64,000 nt of DNA from Akkermansia sp. GTDB lineage: Bacteria; Verrucomicrobiota; Verrucomicrobiia; Verrucomicrobiales; Akkermansiaceae. Positions 1-9,604 of this stretch are shown here, in pieces. A model generated the notes under the pieces. The model did no database searches. It saw only the letters and a list, made by a program, of their open reading frames with translations, and was not told the origin of the DNA. Both the position numbers and the translations under genes were made by a program. The stretch covers positions 41,174-105,173 of the forward strand of contig JAGBDZ010000043.1 of the NCBI GenBank assembly GCA_017937215.1, written 5' to 3'. The number at the start of each line of letters is the position of its first letter. Positions within the stretch are counted from its first letter, which is position 1.

Positions 1-910
1 GAATCTCGGCTTCGGTGATGGTGCCATTGGCCAGGTCGCGCTCGAAGTAGATATCCAGGAAGGTGGATACGCGGCCCAGGGACATGGCGGCGCCGTTCTG
101 TTCCTTCACGGCAGCCAGGTAGCCCAGGTAGGTCCACTGCACGGCCTCGCGGGAGTTGGTGGCCGGGCGGCTCAGGTCGCAGCCGTAGCTCTTACCCATT
201 TCTGCCAGTTCGGCCAGGGCGCGAATCTGTTCGTTCATTTCCTCGCGCAGGCGGATGGTGGCATCCGTCATCACGCCGGCTTCGCGGTCCTTCAGGTCCT
301 TGCGGCGGGCGGCAATGAGCTTGTCCGTGCCGTAAAGGGCCACGCGGCGGTAGTCACCGATGATTCGGCCGCGGCCGTAGGCATCCGGCAGACCGGTGAT
401 GATACCGGCGGAGCGGGCGGCGCGGATATCGCTGGTGTAGGCATCGAACACGCCTTCGTTGTGCGTCTTGCGGATGCGGCCGAAGAATTCGGCGGTGTGC
501 GGGCACATCTGCAGCCCATAGGATTCCAGCGCCTTCATGGCCATGCGCAGACCACCGAAGGGCATGAGCGCGCGCTTCAGCGGGGCATCTGTCTGCAGAC
601 CCACAATCTTCTCGCGAGCCTGGTCGATGTAGCCGGGAGCGTGGGAAACAATGGTGGAAACCACCTCGGTGTCGGCGTCGAGCAGACCGCCGGCGTCAAT
701 CTCCTTCTTCATGAGGTCTTTCACCTCATCCCACAGAGCCGTAGTGTCTTCTGTAGGTCCGGCAAGGAAATCGCCCTCGCCGGTGTAGGGGGTGTAGTTC
801 AGCTGAATGAAATCACGGACGTTGATGGACTCGGTCCATACGCCGGTCTTGAAGCCCTGCCAGGGGTCTACCTGGCAGCCGCAATCCTGGGGTGTTGCTG
901 TGTCTGTCAT
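1..910 (-). CDS. pflB: Formate C-acetyltransferase (pyruvate formate-lyase), N-terminal ~303 codons; rest lies beyond window start
   Basis: Own translation of minus strand from ATG at 908-910: [34 protein letters not shown]...[14 protein letters not shown]...[11 protein letters not shown], matching PFL N-terminal motifs. Absent from ORF track because it runs off the edge. Confidence 0.9.
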   Translation of the reverse strand, partial: MTDTATPQDCGCQVDPWQGFKTGVWTESINVRDFIQLNYTPYTGEGDFLAGPTEDTTALWDEVKDLMKKEIDAGGLLDADTEVVSTIVSHAPGYIDQAREKIVGLQTDAPLKRALMPFGGLRMAMKALESYGLQMCPHTAEFFGRIRKTHNEGVFDAYTSDIRAARSAGIITGLPDAYGRGRIIGDYRRVALYGTDKLIAARRKDLKDREAGVMTDATIRLREEMNEQIRALAELAEMGKSYGCDLSRPATNSREAVQWTYLGYLAAVKEQNGAAMSLGRVSTFLDIYFERDLANGTITEAEI

Positions 911-1067
911 AAAAATAGCTTGGTTTGGAGTTGTTCTTCGCCGGGAGGGCCTTCCCGACTCTCCACCAACATGGGTATTCTAACTCCCACAAGTGGATAA
1001 GTCAAGAGGCTTTCCTCCGAATTTCGCGGATTCAACGCGAACCCGACTTTCGTTCATAATAGTTATC

Positions 1068-1117
1068 TGGAATTATTCTAACGAAATGATAAGCTTTGTC
1101 AAGTGGAATCATTCTAA
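1068..1117. promoter_or_regulatory. Two 14-nt direct repeats TGGAAT(T/C)ATTCTAA, each containing a GAATnATTC dyad, 36 bp apart, upstream of pflB
   Basis: Copies at 1068-1081 and 1104-1117, read directly; located 160-210 nt upstream of the pflB start. Confidence 0.3.
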
Positions 1118-1130
1118 AAATAATCACAGT

Positions 1131-1163
1131 ATAAAAAAAGGCGCCGCCGTGCTGACAGCGCCT
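1131..1163 (-). terminator. Rho-independent terminator after M3 peptidase gene
   Basis: GGCGC...GCGCC hairpin (1140-1162) followed on minus strand by a T7 run (1133-1139). Confidence 0.5.
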
Positions 1164-1186
1164 GGTTTGAAATGATGCACCTTGGC

Positions 1187-3394
1187 TTATTTGCAGAGCC
1201 CCTGCACCTGGAGGAGGGCATCAGGGTTAGGGTCGCGGCCCATGAAGTTGCGGTAAATTTCAGCGGCGGACTGGCTGTCGCCCTTGGAAAGGATTTCGTT
1301 GCGGAAATCGGAGCCGGTCTTGCGATTCATCACGCCCTCGTTGCGGAATCGGGAGTAGGCATCGGCCGCGAGCACCTCGGCCCACTTGTAGGAATAGTAG
1401 CCGGCGCAGTAGCCGCCGGTGATGCAGTGGCGCAGGGTGCGCATGATGGAGTTGCCCGGCACGGTGTAGGCAATCTGCCAGTCGTTGAGCAGTTCGCGGG
1501 TGGCGGCATCCAGCTCCTTGCCCTTGAACTTTTCATCGTAGAACATGTGCATTTCGAGGTCGAGTTTGGCGATGCAGAGCTGCCCCATGTTGCTGGTAGC
1601 GGGCATGAAGAAGCGGCTGGCCTTGAGCTTGGCGGCCAGGTCATCGGGCATGGGGGTGCCGCTCTGGTAGTGGTAGCCGAAGGAGGCGATGCCTTCGGGT
1701 TCCCAGGCCCAGTTTTCGCAGATCTGGCTGGGGAGTTCCACGAAATCCCAGGCCACGCCGGTGCCGGCGTGGGCTTCCAGCTCGGTATTGCTGAGCATGC
1801 AGTGCATCATATGCCCGAACTCGTGGAAGAGCACCACGGCATCGCGGTGGCTGAACAGGGCGGGGCCATCGCCGCTGGCCGGGGTCATATTGCCCACCAG
1901 GGCTGCCAGGTGCGGGGCGCGGTGCTTGCCGTTTTCGCCGGATTTGCCATAGCCCAGGGGCATGACCCAGGCGCCTTCGCGTTTCATGCTCCGGGGGAAG
2001 AGGTCCATGTAGAAAGAGCCCATGTGCTGGCCGGTGCGGTCATCGGTCACGGCAAAGACTTTTACGGAAGGATGCCAGGTCTCAATGGCTACAGGATTGG
2101 GCTTCTCGCCGGGCTTCACGCACTGCGAGGGCAGCTCTGTGAAAGAGATGCCGTACAGGTTGGCGAAGATATCGAACATGCCGTCCACCAGCCGCTTGCT
2201 TTCCAGATAGGGGCGGATGCTGTCGGCATCGAAGCTGTACATCTCCTCTGCCATTTCGCGCAGGTAGAAACTGCGGTCCCAGGGATTCAGAGCGGTGGTT
2301 ACGCGGCCGGTGCGTTTCTCAACGAAGTCCAGCACCTGGGCGCATTCGGCATCGAAGGCCGGTTTCACCTTCTGCATCATGCCGTCCACAAACTGCAAGG
2401 CATTATCCCCGCTGCCGACCATGCGGCGGTGGGTGGTCAGGTCGGCAAAAGTCTTGAAGCCCAGCAGCCCGGCCAGCTCGCGGCGCAGCTCCATGATGCG
2501 AGCCACAATGGGGGCATTGTCGTACTGCCCGGTGCCGATGGTGCGGGTGCCTTCCCAACAGGCTTTGCGGGTGGCCTCCACCTTGCAGTGGCGCAGCACC
2601 TCGTAGGCGCTGGAGGCCTTCAGACCAATGCGCCAGGCCGGGGCCGCCTCATCGCCATGCACATGCTTGCGTGCATCCTCTTGGGCTTTATCCATCCAGT
2701 CGGCGCTCATGCCATCCAGCTGGGCCGGGTCGGTGATGATGAGTTCCCAGGCCTCGGTGGAGTCCTGCACATTCTTGCTGAACTCCAGCTCCAGCATGGA
2801 CATTTCGTCCTCAATCTCCTTCTTGCGTTCTTTCTGCTCCGGACTCAGGTCGGCGCCCTGGTCATGGAAGTTTTCGATGACTTGCTGCACGTAGCGCTGC
2901 CTGGCGGGGGAGAGCTCCTTCACCCAGGGCTGGGCGGCGGCGCTGCGCAGCACGGCCCAGAGCTTTTCGTTTGCCAGCACCTCGGCACCCAGTTCATTCC
3001 ACAGGGGCATGAGTTCTTCCTGCACCTGGCGCAGGCCATCGCTATCGGCCACGGTCTTGAGGTGGTAGATGCGGTTCTGTACCTTTTCGAGCTCATCCTG
3101 GGCGTGGGAGAGGGCCAGGAAGGTGTTTTCGAAAGTAGCTTCCTCCGGTTTGATGTTGCTGATAGCTTCCAGACGGTGACGCGCCATCACCATAGCGGCG
3201 GCGGAGTCGGTGCGGGCTTGTTCCGGGGTCAGCTTTGACCAGTCCGGATACATGCTCTTATTAAAAAACGGGTGTTCGCCGGCCTGGATGGCCTGCTGCA
3301 CTTCCTGCACCGCAGGCGGTGCTTCCTGTGCGAAAATCTGCGGTGAGCCCAGAAGGGCACAAAGAGCGGTCGTGATGATGGCCTGGGTCTTCAT
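1187..3394 (-). CDS. Secreted M3-family zinc metallopeptidase (peptidyl-dipeptidase Dcp / oligopeptidase A-like)
   Basis: 735-aa ORF, N-terminal signal peptide MKTQAIITTALCALLGSPQIFA, HEFGH zinc motif (LFHEFGHMMH). Confidence 0.9.
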   Translation of the reverse strand: MKTQAIITTALCALLGSPQIFAQEAPPAVQEVQQAIQAGEHPFFNKSMYPDWSKLTPEQARTDSAAAMVMARHRLEAISNIKPEEATFENTFLALSHAQDELEKVQNRIYHLKTVADSDGLRQVQEELMPLWNELGAEVLANEKLWAVLRSAAAQPWVKELSPARQRYVQQVIENFHDQGADLSPEQKERKKEIEDEMSMLELEFSKNVQDSTEAWELIITDPAQLDGMSADWMDKAQEDARKHVHGDEAAPAWRIGLKASSAYEVLRHCKVEATRKACWEGTRTIGTGQYDNAPIVARIMELRRELAGLLGFKTFADLTTHRRMVGSGDNALQFVDGMMQKVKPAFDAECAQVLDFVEKRTGRVTTALNPWDRSFYLREMAEEMYSFDADSIRPYLESKRLVDGMFDIFANLYGISFTELPSQCVKPGEKPNPVAIETWHPSVKVFAVTDDRTGQHMGSFYMDLFPRSMKREGAWVMPLGYGKSGENGKHRAPHLAALVGNMTPASGDGPALFSHRDAVVLFHEFGHMMHCMLSNTELEAHAGTGVAWDFVELPSQICENWAWEPEGIASFGYHYQSGTPMPDDLAAKLKASRFFMPATSNMGQLCIAKLDLEMHMFYDEKFKGKELDAATRELLNDWQIAYTVPGNSIMRTLRHCITGGYCAGYYSYKWAEVLAADAYSRFRNEGVMNRKTGSDFRNEILSKGDSQSAAEIYRNFMGRDPNPDALLQVQGLCK

Positions 3395-3465
3395 GTCTAC
3401 CCATTGGTACGCACGTGCGCGAGAAATTCTTTCAGGAAAAGTTAATTATTTCCAGGTGCTTCGCT

Positions 3466-4005
3466 TCACGCCGGGGGCAGCATGTGAGGTGGCAGGCTGC
3501 TGGTAGCGTGGGTGCATCTCACGCGAGTGTTGTCTTTCAGGTAGGGCTGCAGCTCCTGCTCCAGCCGGCGGATGTCCTGGGGGCTCTTGGTGTCGAAATG
3601 CACTCTGCCGACCCCGGGCCACAAGTCGGCCGGGATTTTCGCCGGGGTTGCGTACCGGGTGCCATTCAGCACGCAGCTGGAATCGGGGCTGATGGAGAGG
3701 CTCAGCCCCAGGAGTGCAGTCCAGGCATCGCGCCGCTTAGGGAACCAGCTGCGGTAGGGCATGGTTTCGTACGGGGCGTATATCTCTTCCGCCGTGCTGA
3801 TGCGGAAGCGCACATCGCGGGCCATTTCCAACTTGTGCTCGAAATAGTGGAACCGCGCATCGCTGCCCAGGTAATCCACGCCGCGGCTCATGCTCTGTGG
3901 CGTTTCGAGATAGTCCCTGGCCTCGGCCCAGGTGCAGGTCACCGGCTCCTGCTGGCAGGAGCAGAGCAGGAGGGGAAGCAACAGGAGAGCGGAACCGCGT
4001 TTCAT
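3466..4005 (-). CDS. Hypothetical lipoprotein
   Basis: 179-aa ORF with lipobox LLLCSC after a hydrophobic leader; no recognisable domain. Confidence 0.6.
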   Translation of the reverse strand: MKRGSALLLLPLLLCSCQQEPVTCTWAEARDYLETPQSMSRGVDYLGSDARFHYFEHKLEMARDVRFRISTAEEIYAPYETMPYRSWFPKRRDAWTALLGLSLSISPDSSCVLNGTRYATPAKIPADLWPGVGRVHFDTKSPQDIRRLEQELQPYLKDNTRVRCTHATSSLPPHMLPPA

Positions 4006-4013
4006 GGGGAAAA

Positions 4014-5492
4014 TCAGTCCTTGTTTTTCGGTTGGCGCAGCACTTTGTACATGGCTTTGCCCAGAGAGGCGCGGTGGCTGAGCTTCACATCCGTATCATA
4101 GGCCCAAATCATCACGCCGCCGAACTTCTCCTGCCTGGCCCAGCGGCATTTTTCTGCAATGAGGGCGGGGCCGTTGAAGGAATGCATGGGGCCAGGGCTG
4201 CCATCGGCATTCTTCGCCTGGAACTGGTTTTCGGTGGGCTTGATGCGGGGGTACCAGCTGAGGATCTGGGAATAGCCGTGCTGCACGGTCAGTTTGCCTT
4301 GTTCGTTGCTGTAGAAGGGCAGGCCGATGACCACGCGGGGTTTCGGCATGCGGAAATCATTCAGACATTTGTTGGCATCGCCCTGGAAACGTCCCATTGA
4401 GGAGTGCTGTGGCCCGATATCGTCGTACGACATGGTCATGAGGAAATCCAGCTGGTCGGTCACCATGAAGGTGGGCACCTTGTAGGTGACGGAGGCGGCA
4501 ATGCTCAGCGAGAAGCCGGACCCCGCGAGTTCCTCCCGCAAATCTGCTATAAAGAGCCCGAAGTTGGTCCACTGCTCGTTAGTGTCCGGGTATTCCCAGT
4601 CGATATCGATGCCATCGTACCCACGCTCGATGGCCCAGGTAGCCATGTTGCGGGCCAGCCGGCGGCGGGTGGCGGGGTCGGCCACGGCGGTGGTCATGGG
4701 GTCATCCATGTGGGCAAAGCCGGCCAGCAGCAGGGATTTTGCCTTGCCTTCCTTGTGCAGTCGTTTGATTTCCTCCAGGGCGCCATCGGCAATCTCCTTG
4801 GGTTCCACTCCTTCACCCGCCCATTGGTACACCACATCTCCCTGCGCGGAGACGGTATAGGCAAAATGCACCAGGTCGGTGAAGAGGTTGAAGTGCTCCG
4901 GCGTGAGATGAACGGCTTCCGTGGCATTGCCCCAGCCCTTCACCCAGCGCGGGCGGTAGTAGGGCACGATGCGGTAGGGGAAGGGATAGATGCGCCCCAC
5001 AACGCGCTTTTTGAGCGCCTTGGCGCGTTTCAGCTTCGGCTTCACAGTGCTGCCATCGGCCAGGGTCACCTTGGTGCAGAGCGCGTCAATGAGGTTGCCG
5101 CGCTTTGCCCCGCGCGATAAATCGTAACTCAACCAGTAATAGACCGGTTCCGACCCGATTTCAATGGGCGTTTCAAAGAAGAATTTGCCTTTTTTATCCG
5201 GTTTGGCCTTGTCTTTCTCCTGCACCAGGCGGTCGGTGTTCAGGGTGTAGCCGTTCCAGTTGCCGGAGGTGGAGAGGCGCGCCAGCTGGATATCGGCCGT
5301 CTGGGTGGTCTTGCCATCACTGAAATCGAGTCTGGTAATCTTTTCACCCGGCTCACCGGTGATTTTGAGCTGCAGGATACCCTGCTGCTTCAGCTCCGGG
5401 TAGAACACGCCGTGTGTGTGCCGCATCTCCACCGTCACTGCCTGTGCCAGTTGCAACACGCCGGTTGCCAGTATCAGCAAAAGCTTTCTCAT
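4014..5492 (-). CDS. Glycoside hydrolase family 18 (chitinase / endo-beta-N-acetylglucosaminidase-like), secreted
   Basis: GH18 catalytic motif DGIDIDWEYP; start moved to internal Met (MRKLLLILATGV signal peptide) at 5492. Confidence 0.85.
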   Translation of the reverse strand: MRKLLLILATGVLQLAQAVTVEMRHTHGVFYPELKQQGILQLKITGEPGEKITRLDFSDGKTTQTADIQLARLSTSGNWNGYTLNTDRLVQEKDKAKPDKKGKFFFETPIEIGSEPVYYWLSYDLSRGAKRGNLIDALCTKVTLADGSTVKPKLKRAKALKKRVVGRIYPFPYRIVPYYRPRWVKGWGNATEAVHLTPEHFNLFTDLVHFAYTVSAQGDVVYQWAGEGVEPKEIADGALEEIKRLHKEGKAKSLLLAGFAHMDDPMTTAVADPATRRRLARNMATWAIERGYDGIDIDWEYPDTNEQWTNFGLFIADLREELAGSGFSLSIAASVTYKVPTFMVTDQLDFLMTMSYDDIGPQHSSMGRFQGDANKCLNDFRMPKPRVVIGLPFYSNEQGKLTVQHGYSQILSWYPRIKPTENQFQAKNADGSPGPMHSFNGPALIAEKCRWARQEKFGGVMIWAYDTDVKLSHRASLGKAMYKVLRQPKNKD

Positions 5493-5572
5493 GCGCCCTA
5501 CTATAGCAGAATCAATTTCCGGTGCCAAGTAAGAACTTGATATCGAATGGCGCTGGTGCTACACTTGTGCGC

Positions 5573-6271
5573 ATGGCAAAGCAGGGCGAGAAAAAGAAAG
5601 TGCGGGAGGCCGGGCTGAAGAAAGGCTCTGCCAGTCCCGGGGCATTAGCTGCGGCTGCGGTGTTCCTGCATCGTATTGAGCGTTTGCGAAAGAATTACAA
5701 ACCGGATTTAATGCCTCTGACCCCCTTGCAGGAAAGGCTGGTGGAGGAGATTGAGGAGGCTTTTGCCGGGGTACAGTGCCTGAACGAACCCTATGTGCTG
5801 ATTTGCGGAGAAGCGATGGATGACTACCTGAGCCAGGAAGTGCTGGATGTGCTGGCTGCCCGCGAGGAGAGGAATGACTGGCACGCCATCCCCGATGATT
5901 TGCTTTTTGCCTGCTCGATATCCTTGTGCTTCGTCGGGCCCGAGGCGTACCGTTTCCTGATTCCCCGTTTCATGATTGGTGCGCTGCGCGGCGTGGTGGA
6001 AATATACCCCGGTCTGAGTCCCAAAAGTGAGCTGGAGGAACACATCCGCCAAAAGAAGAGCCTCCTGAACGAAGCCCAGCAGCAGTGCCTTTCTGATTTC
6101 CTGAGCCTGCAGAGCGTGGATGAGGAAACCGGCGAGTTCTATGGTCGCAACCAGTTCCTGCCCTGGGAGCTGGATGAATACCGCGCCCGCTACGCGGATG
6201 AGCTGACACCCCGCGAATATGGCGCCTTGCTGATGCAGCGCTATGCCGATCGTGTAGGTCTTAAAGAATGA
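5573..6271 (+). CDS. Hypothetical protein
   Basis: ORF 5522-6271; ATG at 5573 (MAKQGEKKK) preferred over the GTG at 5522; no motif recognised with confidence. Confidence 0.55.
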   Translation: MAKQGEKKKVREAGLKKGSASPGALAAAAVFLHRIERLRKNYKPDLMPLTPLQERLVEEIEEAFAGVQCLNEPYVLICGEAMDDYLSQEVLDVLAAREERNDWHAIPDDLLFACSISLCFVGPEAYRFLIPRFMIGALRGVVEIYPGLSPKSELEEHIRQKKSLLNEAQQQCLSDFLSLQSVDEETGEFYGRNQFLPWELDEYRARYADELTPREYGALLMQRYADRVGLKE

Positions 6272-6350
6272 CAGGGAATTGAAAATTGAAGAAATTCCGA
6301 TTAGAATTCAGTGACGCCGTTAATGATTCCAACGCGTATTTTGAGTTTTT

Positions 6351-6407
6351 TAGCAAATTTTGCATACAAAATTCAGAATTTCTTGATTAAGTATGCAAAA
6401 TTTGCTA
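6351..6407. promoter_or_regulatory. Perfect 17-bp inverted repeat (TAGCAAATTTTGCATAC / GTATGCAAAATTTGCTA), candidate AbiEi autoregulatory operator
   Basis: Arms at 6351-6367 and 6391-6407, 24 nt upstream of the abiEi ATG. AbiEi antitoxins are known to autoregulate through promoter inverted repeats. Confidence 0.5.
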
Positions 6408-6430
6408 TTCTGGGGTTGTCGGAAGAATTT

Positions 6431-7063
6431 ATGGAGACTACGTTGGAAAAGCAATTCGGTAGTGTGCCGGTGACAAGCGGAGAATTAAAGCAATGTCTGC
6501 GGGGGTACCGTGCACCGATGGCGCGCATTGCCATGCTGCACCGGCGGGGCGAGCTCATACCATTGCGGCGGAATCTATATCTCTGCAGCCCGGAATCATA
6601 TTCACGGGAATTGATAGCTAATCACTTACTGGCTCCGTCCTATGTGTCGTACGAAACCGTGCTTTCGGCCGAAGGGATTATACCGGAACGGGTGCACACC
6701 ATCCGCTCGTCATGCATGGGCCGCAGCCGTGTTTTTGAGAACAGCACCGGGCGTTATGAGTATATTGGCGTGGCTCGGAATTATTATCCGGAGGGCGTTG
6801 GCCTCAAGCGCACCACAGAGGGTATGGTATACCTGGCGGCGCGACCGGAGAAGGCTGTTTGCGATCTTATCCTGGCGACTCCCGGGCTCCGGTTGCAATC
6901 AGCCAAGGCTGCACGGGAATACCTGGAAGTTTATATGCGAGCCGATATGGATGCCGTGGCAGGGTGGGATGCAGACTTGATACACACCCTTGCCGGACTT
7001 GCGAAAAAAAAGAAGAACGATTTATTAAACCTCGAACGAATGCTCCGCCATGAATGTATTTGA
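6431..7063 (+). CDS. abiEi: Type IV toxin-antitoxin system AbiEi-family antitoxin / transcriptional regulator
   Basis: METTLEKQFGSVPVTSGELKQCL...RRGELIPLRRNLY winged-helix N-terminus typical of AbiEi; 14-nt overlap with downstream AbiEii gene. Confidence 0.8.
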   Translation: METTLEKQFGSVPVTSGELKQCLRGYRAPMARIAMLHRRGELIPLRRNLYLCSPESYSRELIANHLLAPSYVSYETVLSAEGIIPERVHTIRSSCMGRSRVFENSTGRYEYIGVARNYYPEGVGLKRTTEGMVYLAARPEKAVCDLILATPGLRLQSAKAAREYLEVYMRADMDAVAGWDADLIHTLAGLAKKKKNDLLNLERMLRHECI

Positions 7064-7880
7064 TGAAATGCTTTCTGCGTATGAATGCAGAACGGTTGAG
7101 GATAAACTGAACGCCATCCGTGAAGTGATGCAGCAGGTTGCCCTTTGCGGCCTGGCTCGCTCCGGCTTCTTTGATAAGGCAGCTTTCTATGGAGGCACAT
7201 GTCTGCGCATTTTTCACGGTCTGGATCGTTTCTCCGAGGATATGGATTTTTCCTTGCTGCAAGCGGATGCCGATTTTGATTTCAGACCACACTTCGCGGC
7301 GGTGGAAGAAGAGTTTGCCTCCATGGGGCAACGAGTGACCATTTCGCTTAAGAATAAGAGCAGGCAGAGCGCAATCCAATCCGCCTTTCTTAAGGGGGAT
7401 ACGGCTCAGTTCAACCTGTCTCTGGAACGAGGACGCCTGGTCAATATCAAGCTGGAGGTGGATACCCTGCCGCCCATGGCGTTTGAGACGGAACATAAAC
7501 TGTTGCTCCAGCCTCGTTCATTTTATGCGCGATGCTTTACACTTCCTTGCCTTTTTGCCGGGAAAATGCATGCGTTGATGTACCGCGCATGGAAGAACCG
7601 TGTAAAAGGACGCGATTGGTACGATTTTGAATGGTACGTTCGCAAGGGGGTGCAACTGGATTTTGCTCATTTCTGTGAACGTGCATACGAATTCGGCTCC
7701 GAGCCGCGCGGCAGCCTGACTCCTGATTCTTTCCTCTGCATGTTGCAGCGCAAAATTGAGAGCGTGAACTTTTCCGCAGCAGTGGAGGATGTGCGGCCTT
7801 TCATGCGTAACCCGGAGCATGCGGATTTCTGGTCCACAGACTATTTCCTCCAGGTTGCACGCATGATGAAGCTGCAATGA
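7050..7880 (+). CDS. abiEii: Nucleotidyltransferase AbiEii/AbiGii-family toxin
   Basis: 276 aa; FYGGTCLRIFHGLDRFSEDMDFSL matches the DUF1814/AbiEii NTase signature (GGTALR...RFSEDLDF). Confidence 0.85.
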   Translation: MNVFDEMLSAYECRTVEDKLNAIREVMQQVALCGLARSGFFDKAAFYGGTCLRIFHGLDRFSEDMDFSLLQADADFDFRPHFAAVEEEFASMGQRVTISLKNKSRQSAIQSAFLKGDTAQFNLSLERGRLVNIKLEVDTLPPMAFETEHKLLLQPRSFYARCFTLPCLFAGKMHALMYRAWKNRVKGRDWYDFEWYVRKGVQLDFAHFCERAYEFGSEPRGSLTPDSFLCMLQRKIESVNFSAAVEDVRPFMRNPEHADFWSTDYFLQVARMMKLQ

Positions 7881-7902
7881 GGCTCGAGAACGGTCTGCTG
7901 CT

Positions 7903-8751
7903 TTAGTCTGCAAGATAGGTCTTAATCTCCTCCAGCCGCTTTTCGGCGGCGGCTCGGCCTATGTTGTAGGTGGCGCGGAGCAGTGCGGGGTCCTTGGTGA
8001 GACGCTTGATGGGCAGCGGCTCCGTGGGACGGATGACGAGGGCCTTGCCGTCGGCTTCCTGGCGGTTCACATAGTCGCGCTGGGCGTTGTACATGAGGTG
8101 GCGCACCTCCATGGCCTGAATCAGGGCGGGGTATTTGCGGTACAGGAAGCGGATGAAGGGCATGGCGGCGCTTTCCTTCTTATCGTACTCCGCGTGCTGG
8201 GTCAGGATGACCACGTTGCGCGTGTAGCCTCGTTCCTCGAAGAACTTCAGCGGAATCGCATCGGCAATGCCGCCGTCCAGCAGCTTCTGCCCGTCTATTT
8301 CCACCATCTGCGAGACCAGGGGCATGGAGGCCGAGGCCCGCACCCAGTCGAACTGGTGGTCGGCATAGCTTTCGTATTTATGGTACACGGGTTTGCCGGT
8401 TTCCACATCGGTGCAGACCATGATGAACTCCATGGGGTTCGCCTCGTAGGCCTCAAAATCGAAGGGGTCGTGCACGATGGGGACCTCATGGTAGCAGAAC
8501 TGGGTGCTGTACAGGTTGCCCTCGCGGAAGAGGTTGCCCCAGCTGCAGTAGCGCTTATCGGCACAGAAGCGTTCGTTGTAGCGGATGGCGCGGCCAATCT
8601 GGCGCGATTTGTAATTGCAGCCGAATGCCGCCCCGGCAGAGACACCCACAGCGCCATCGAACTCGATGCCGTTCTCCATCATCACATCCATGACACCGGC
8701 GGTGAACATGCCGCGCATGGCGCCGCCTTCCAATATCAGACCTTTCTTCAT
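7903..8751 (-). CDS. Patatin-like phospholipase family protein
   Basis: GGAMRG oxyanion motif and GVSAG (GxSxG) serine motif; 282 aa. Confidence 0.85.
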   Translation of the reverse strand: MKKGLILEGGAMRGMFTAGVMDVMMENGIEFDGAVGVSAGAAFGCNYKSRQIGRAIRYNERFCADKRYCSWGNLFREGNLYSTQFCYHEVPIVHDPFDFEAYEANPMEFIMVCTDVETGKPVYHKYESYADHQFDWVRASASMPLVSQMVEIDGQKLLDGGIADAIPLKFFEERGYTRNVVILTQHAEYDKKESAAMPFIRFLYRKYPALIQAMEVRHLMYNAQRDYVNRQEADGKALVIRPTEPLPIKRLTKDPALLRATYNIGRAAAEKRLEEIKTYLAD

Positions 8752-9599
8752 TCTTTTTCCAGTAAGAGGTTGCGCAGCTCAGGCAGGGTGGTATAAAAGG
8801 GTTGCAGGGCTGCCAGCCGGGCAGCTGTGCGGCGGTGCTCCGGCAGCACGGGGCGGGGGAACGGACTCTCTTTCCCCAATGTGCGCAGCGCTTCCCGGAA
8901 TCCTTCTACCAGTCCGCTGACTCGCAGTAATTCCATTTCTCCACCCTGGCGGAAGTATTCCAGCACCTCGGCCTGCTCCCTCAGTTTCTCCAGGCAGGCC
9001 GCTTCGTCTTTCTCTGCTGCTGCGGCGCAGACCTCCTTGAAGAACCCCAGGGCCGTCTTGTAATCCTTTGCCCAGCGCTGCTGAAGAAGCATTCCGGGCA
9101 GCTCCAGGGCAGATTCGCCGCCGAACTCCTGCAGCAACATGTGCCAGGCTGCCTTTTCTGCCTCTGGCGTGGATTTGCTGTGCAGCCGTTTGCTGATGTT
9201 GTCGGTGTAGCTGTAAAGCAATTCGAAGCCGTAATCCATCCACTCAAACTCTATGTCGGGATTGATTTCCGTGCAGTATGTCACCTCTATCCAGCCTCTT
9301 TGCCAGAGAATGGCATCGGCCAGCAGACAGACCTGCTGCAACTGCTCCGGTGGCAGGACTCGGAGCCGCGCGATGCCGGGGCGGATTTCCTGCGTAATCT
9401 TCCGGATGTATTCCGCCTGAGGTTCATCGCCGTACATGTTCGAAATAATGCGGTTGAGCCCATCGTAAACCGTCATTACATCATTCAGCGCGGCCTGGGT
9501 GGTATAGGCTGCCTGTACTTGTGGTGCTGGGGCTTGCTGCACGGCGTCTGCGGAGCATGGGAGCAGGGCAAAAACAAGAAGAAAAGGAAGCAATTTCAT
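8748..9599 (-). CDS. Hypothetical secreted protein
   Basis: 283 aa, signal peptide MKLLPFLLVFALLPCSADA; stop overlaps the patatin start (ATGA at 8748-8751). Confidence 0.6.
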   Translation of the reverse strand: MKLLPFLLVFALLPCSADAVQQAPAPQVQAAYTTQAALNDVMTVYDGLNRIISNMYGDEPQAEYIRKITQEIRPGIARLRVLPPEQLQQVCLLADAILWQRGWIEVTYCTEINPDIEFEWMDYGFELLYSYTDNISKRLHSKSTPEAEKAAWHMLLQEFGGESALELPGMLLQQRWAKDYKTALGFFKEVCAAAAEKDEAACLEKLREQAEVLEYFRQGGEMELLRVSGLVEGFREALRTLGKESPFPRPVLPEHRRTAARLAALQPFYTTLPELRNLLLEKE

Positions 9600-9604
9600 A
9601 GCCG

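Noticed and set aside
1172-3238. Very long ORFs antisense to confirmed genes. Examples: 1172-3238(+), 13452-14441(+), 18092-21589(-), 23952-25562(+), 26383-29397(+), 32651-34252(+), 35627-37291(-), 38026-39612(-), 51211-52476(-), 53770-55332(-), 61585-63549(-).
   Set aside because: Each lies opposite a gene with unmistakable conserved motifs (M3 peptidase, mfd, SNF2, GH, GH2, RluB, dnaK, groEL, rpoA, eptA, ilvD). Their translations are low-complexity Ala/Gly/Val/His-rich strings typical of stop-codon-poor antisense frames in high-GC DNA.
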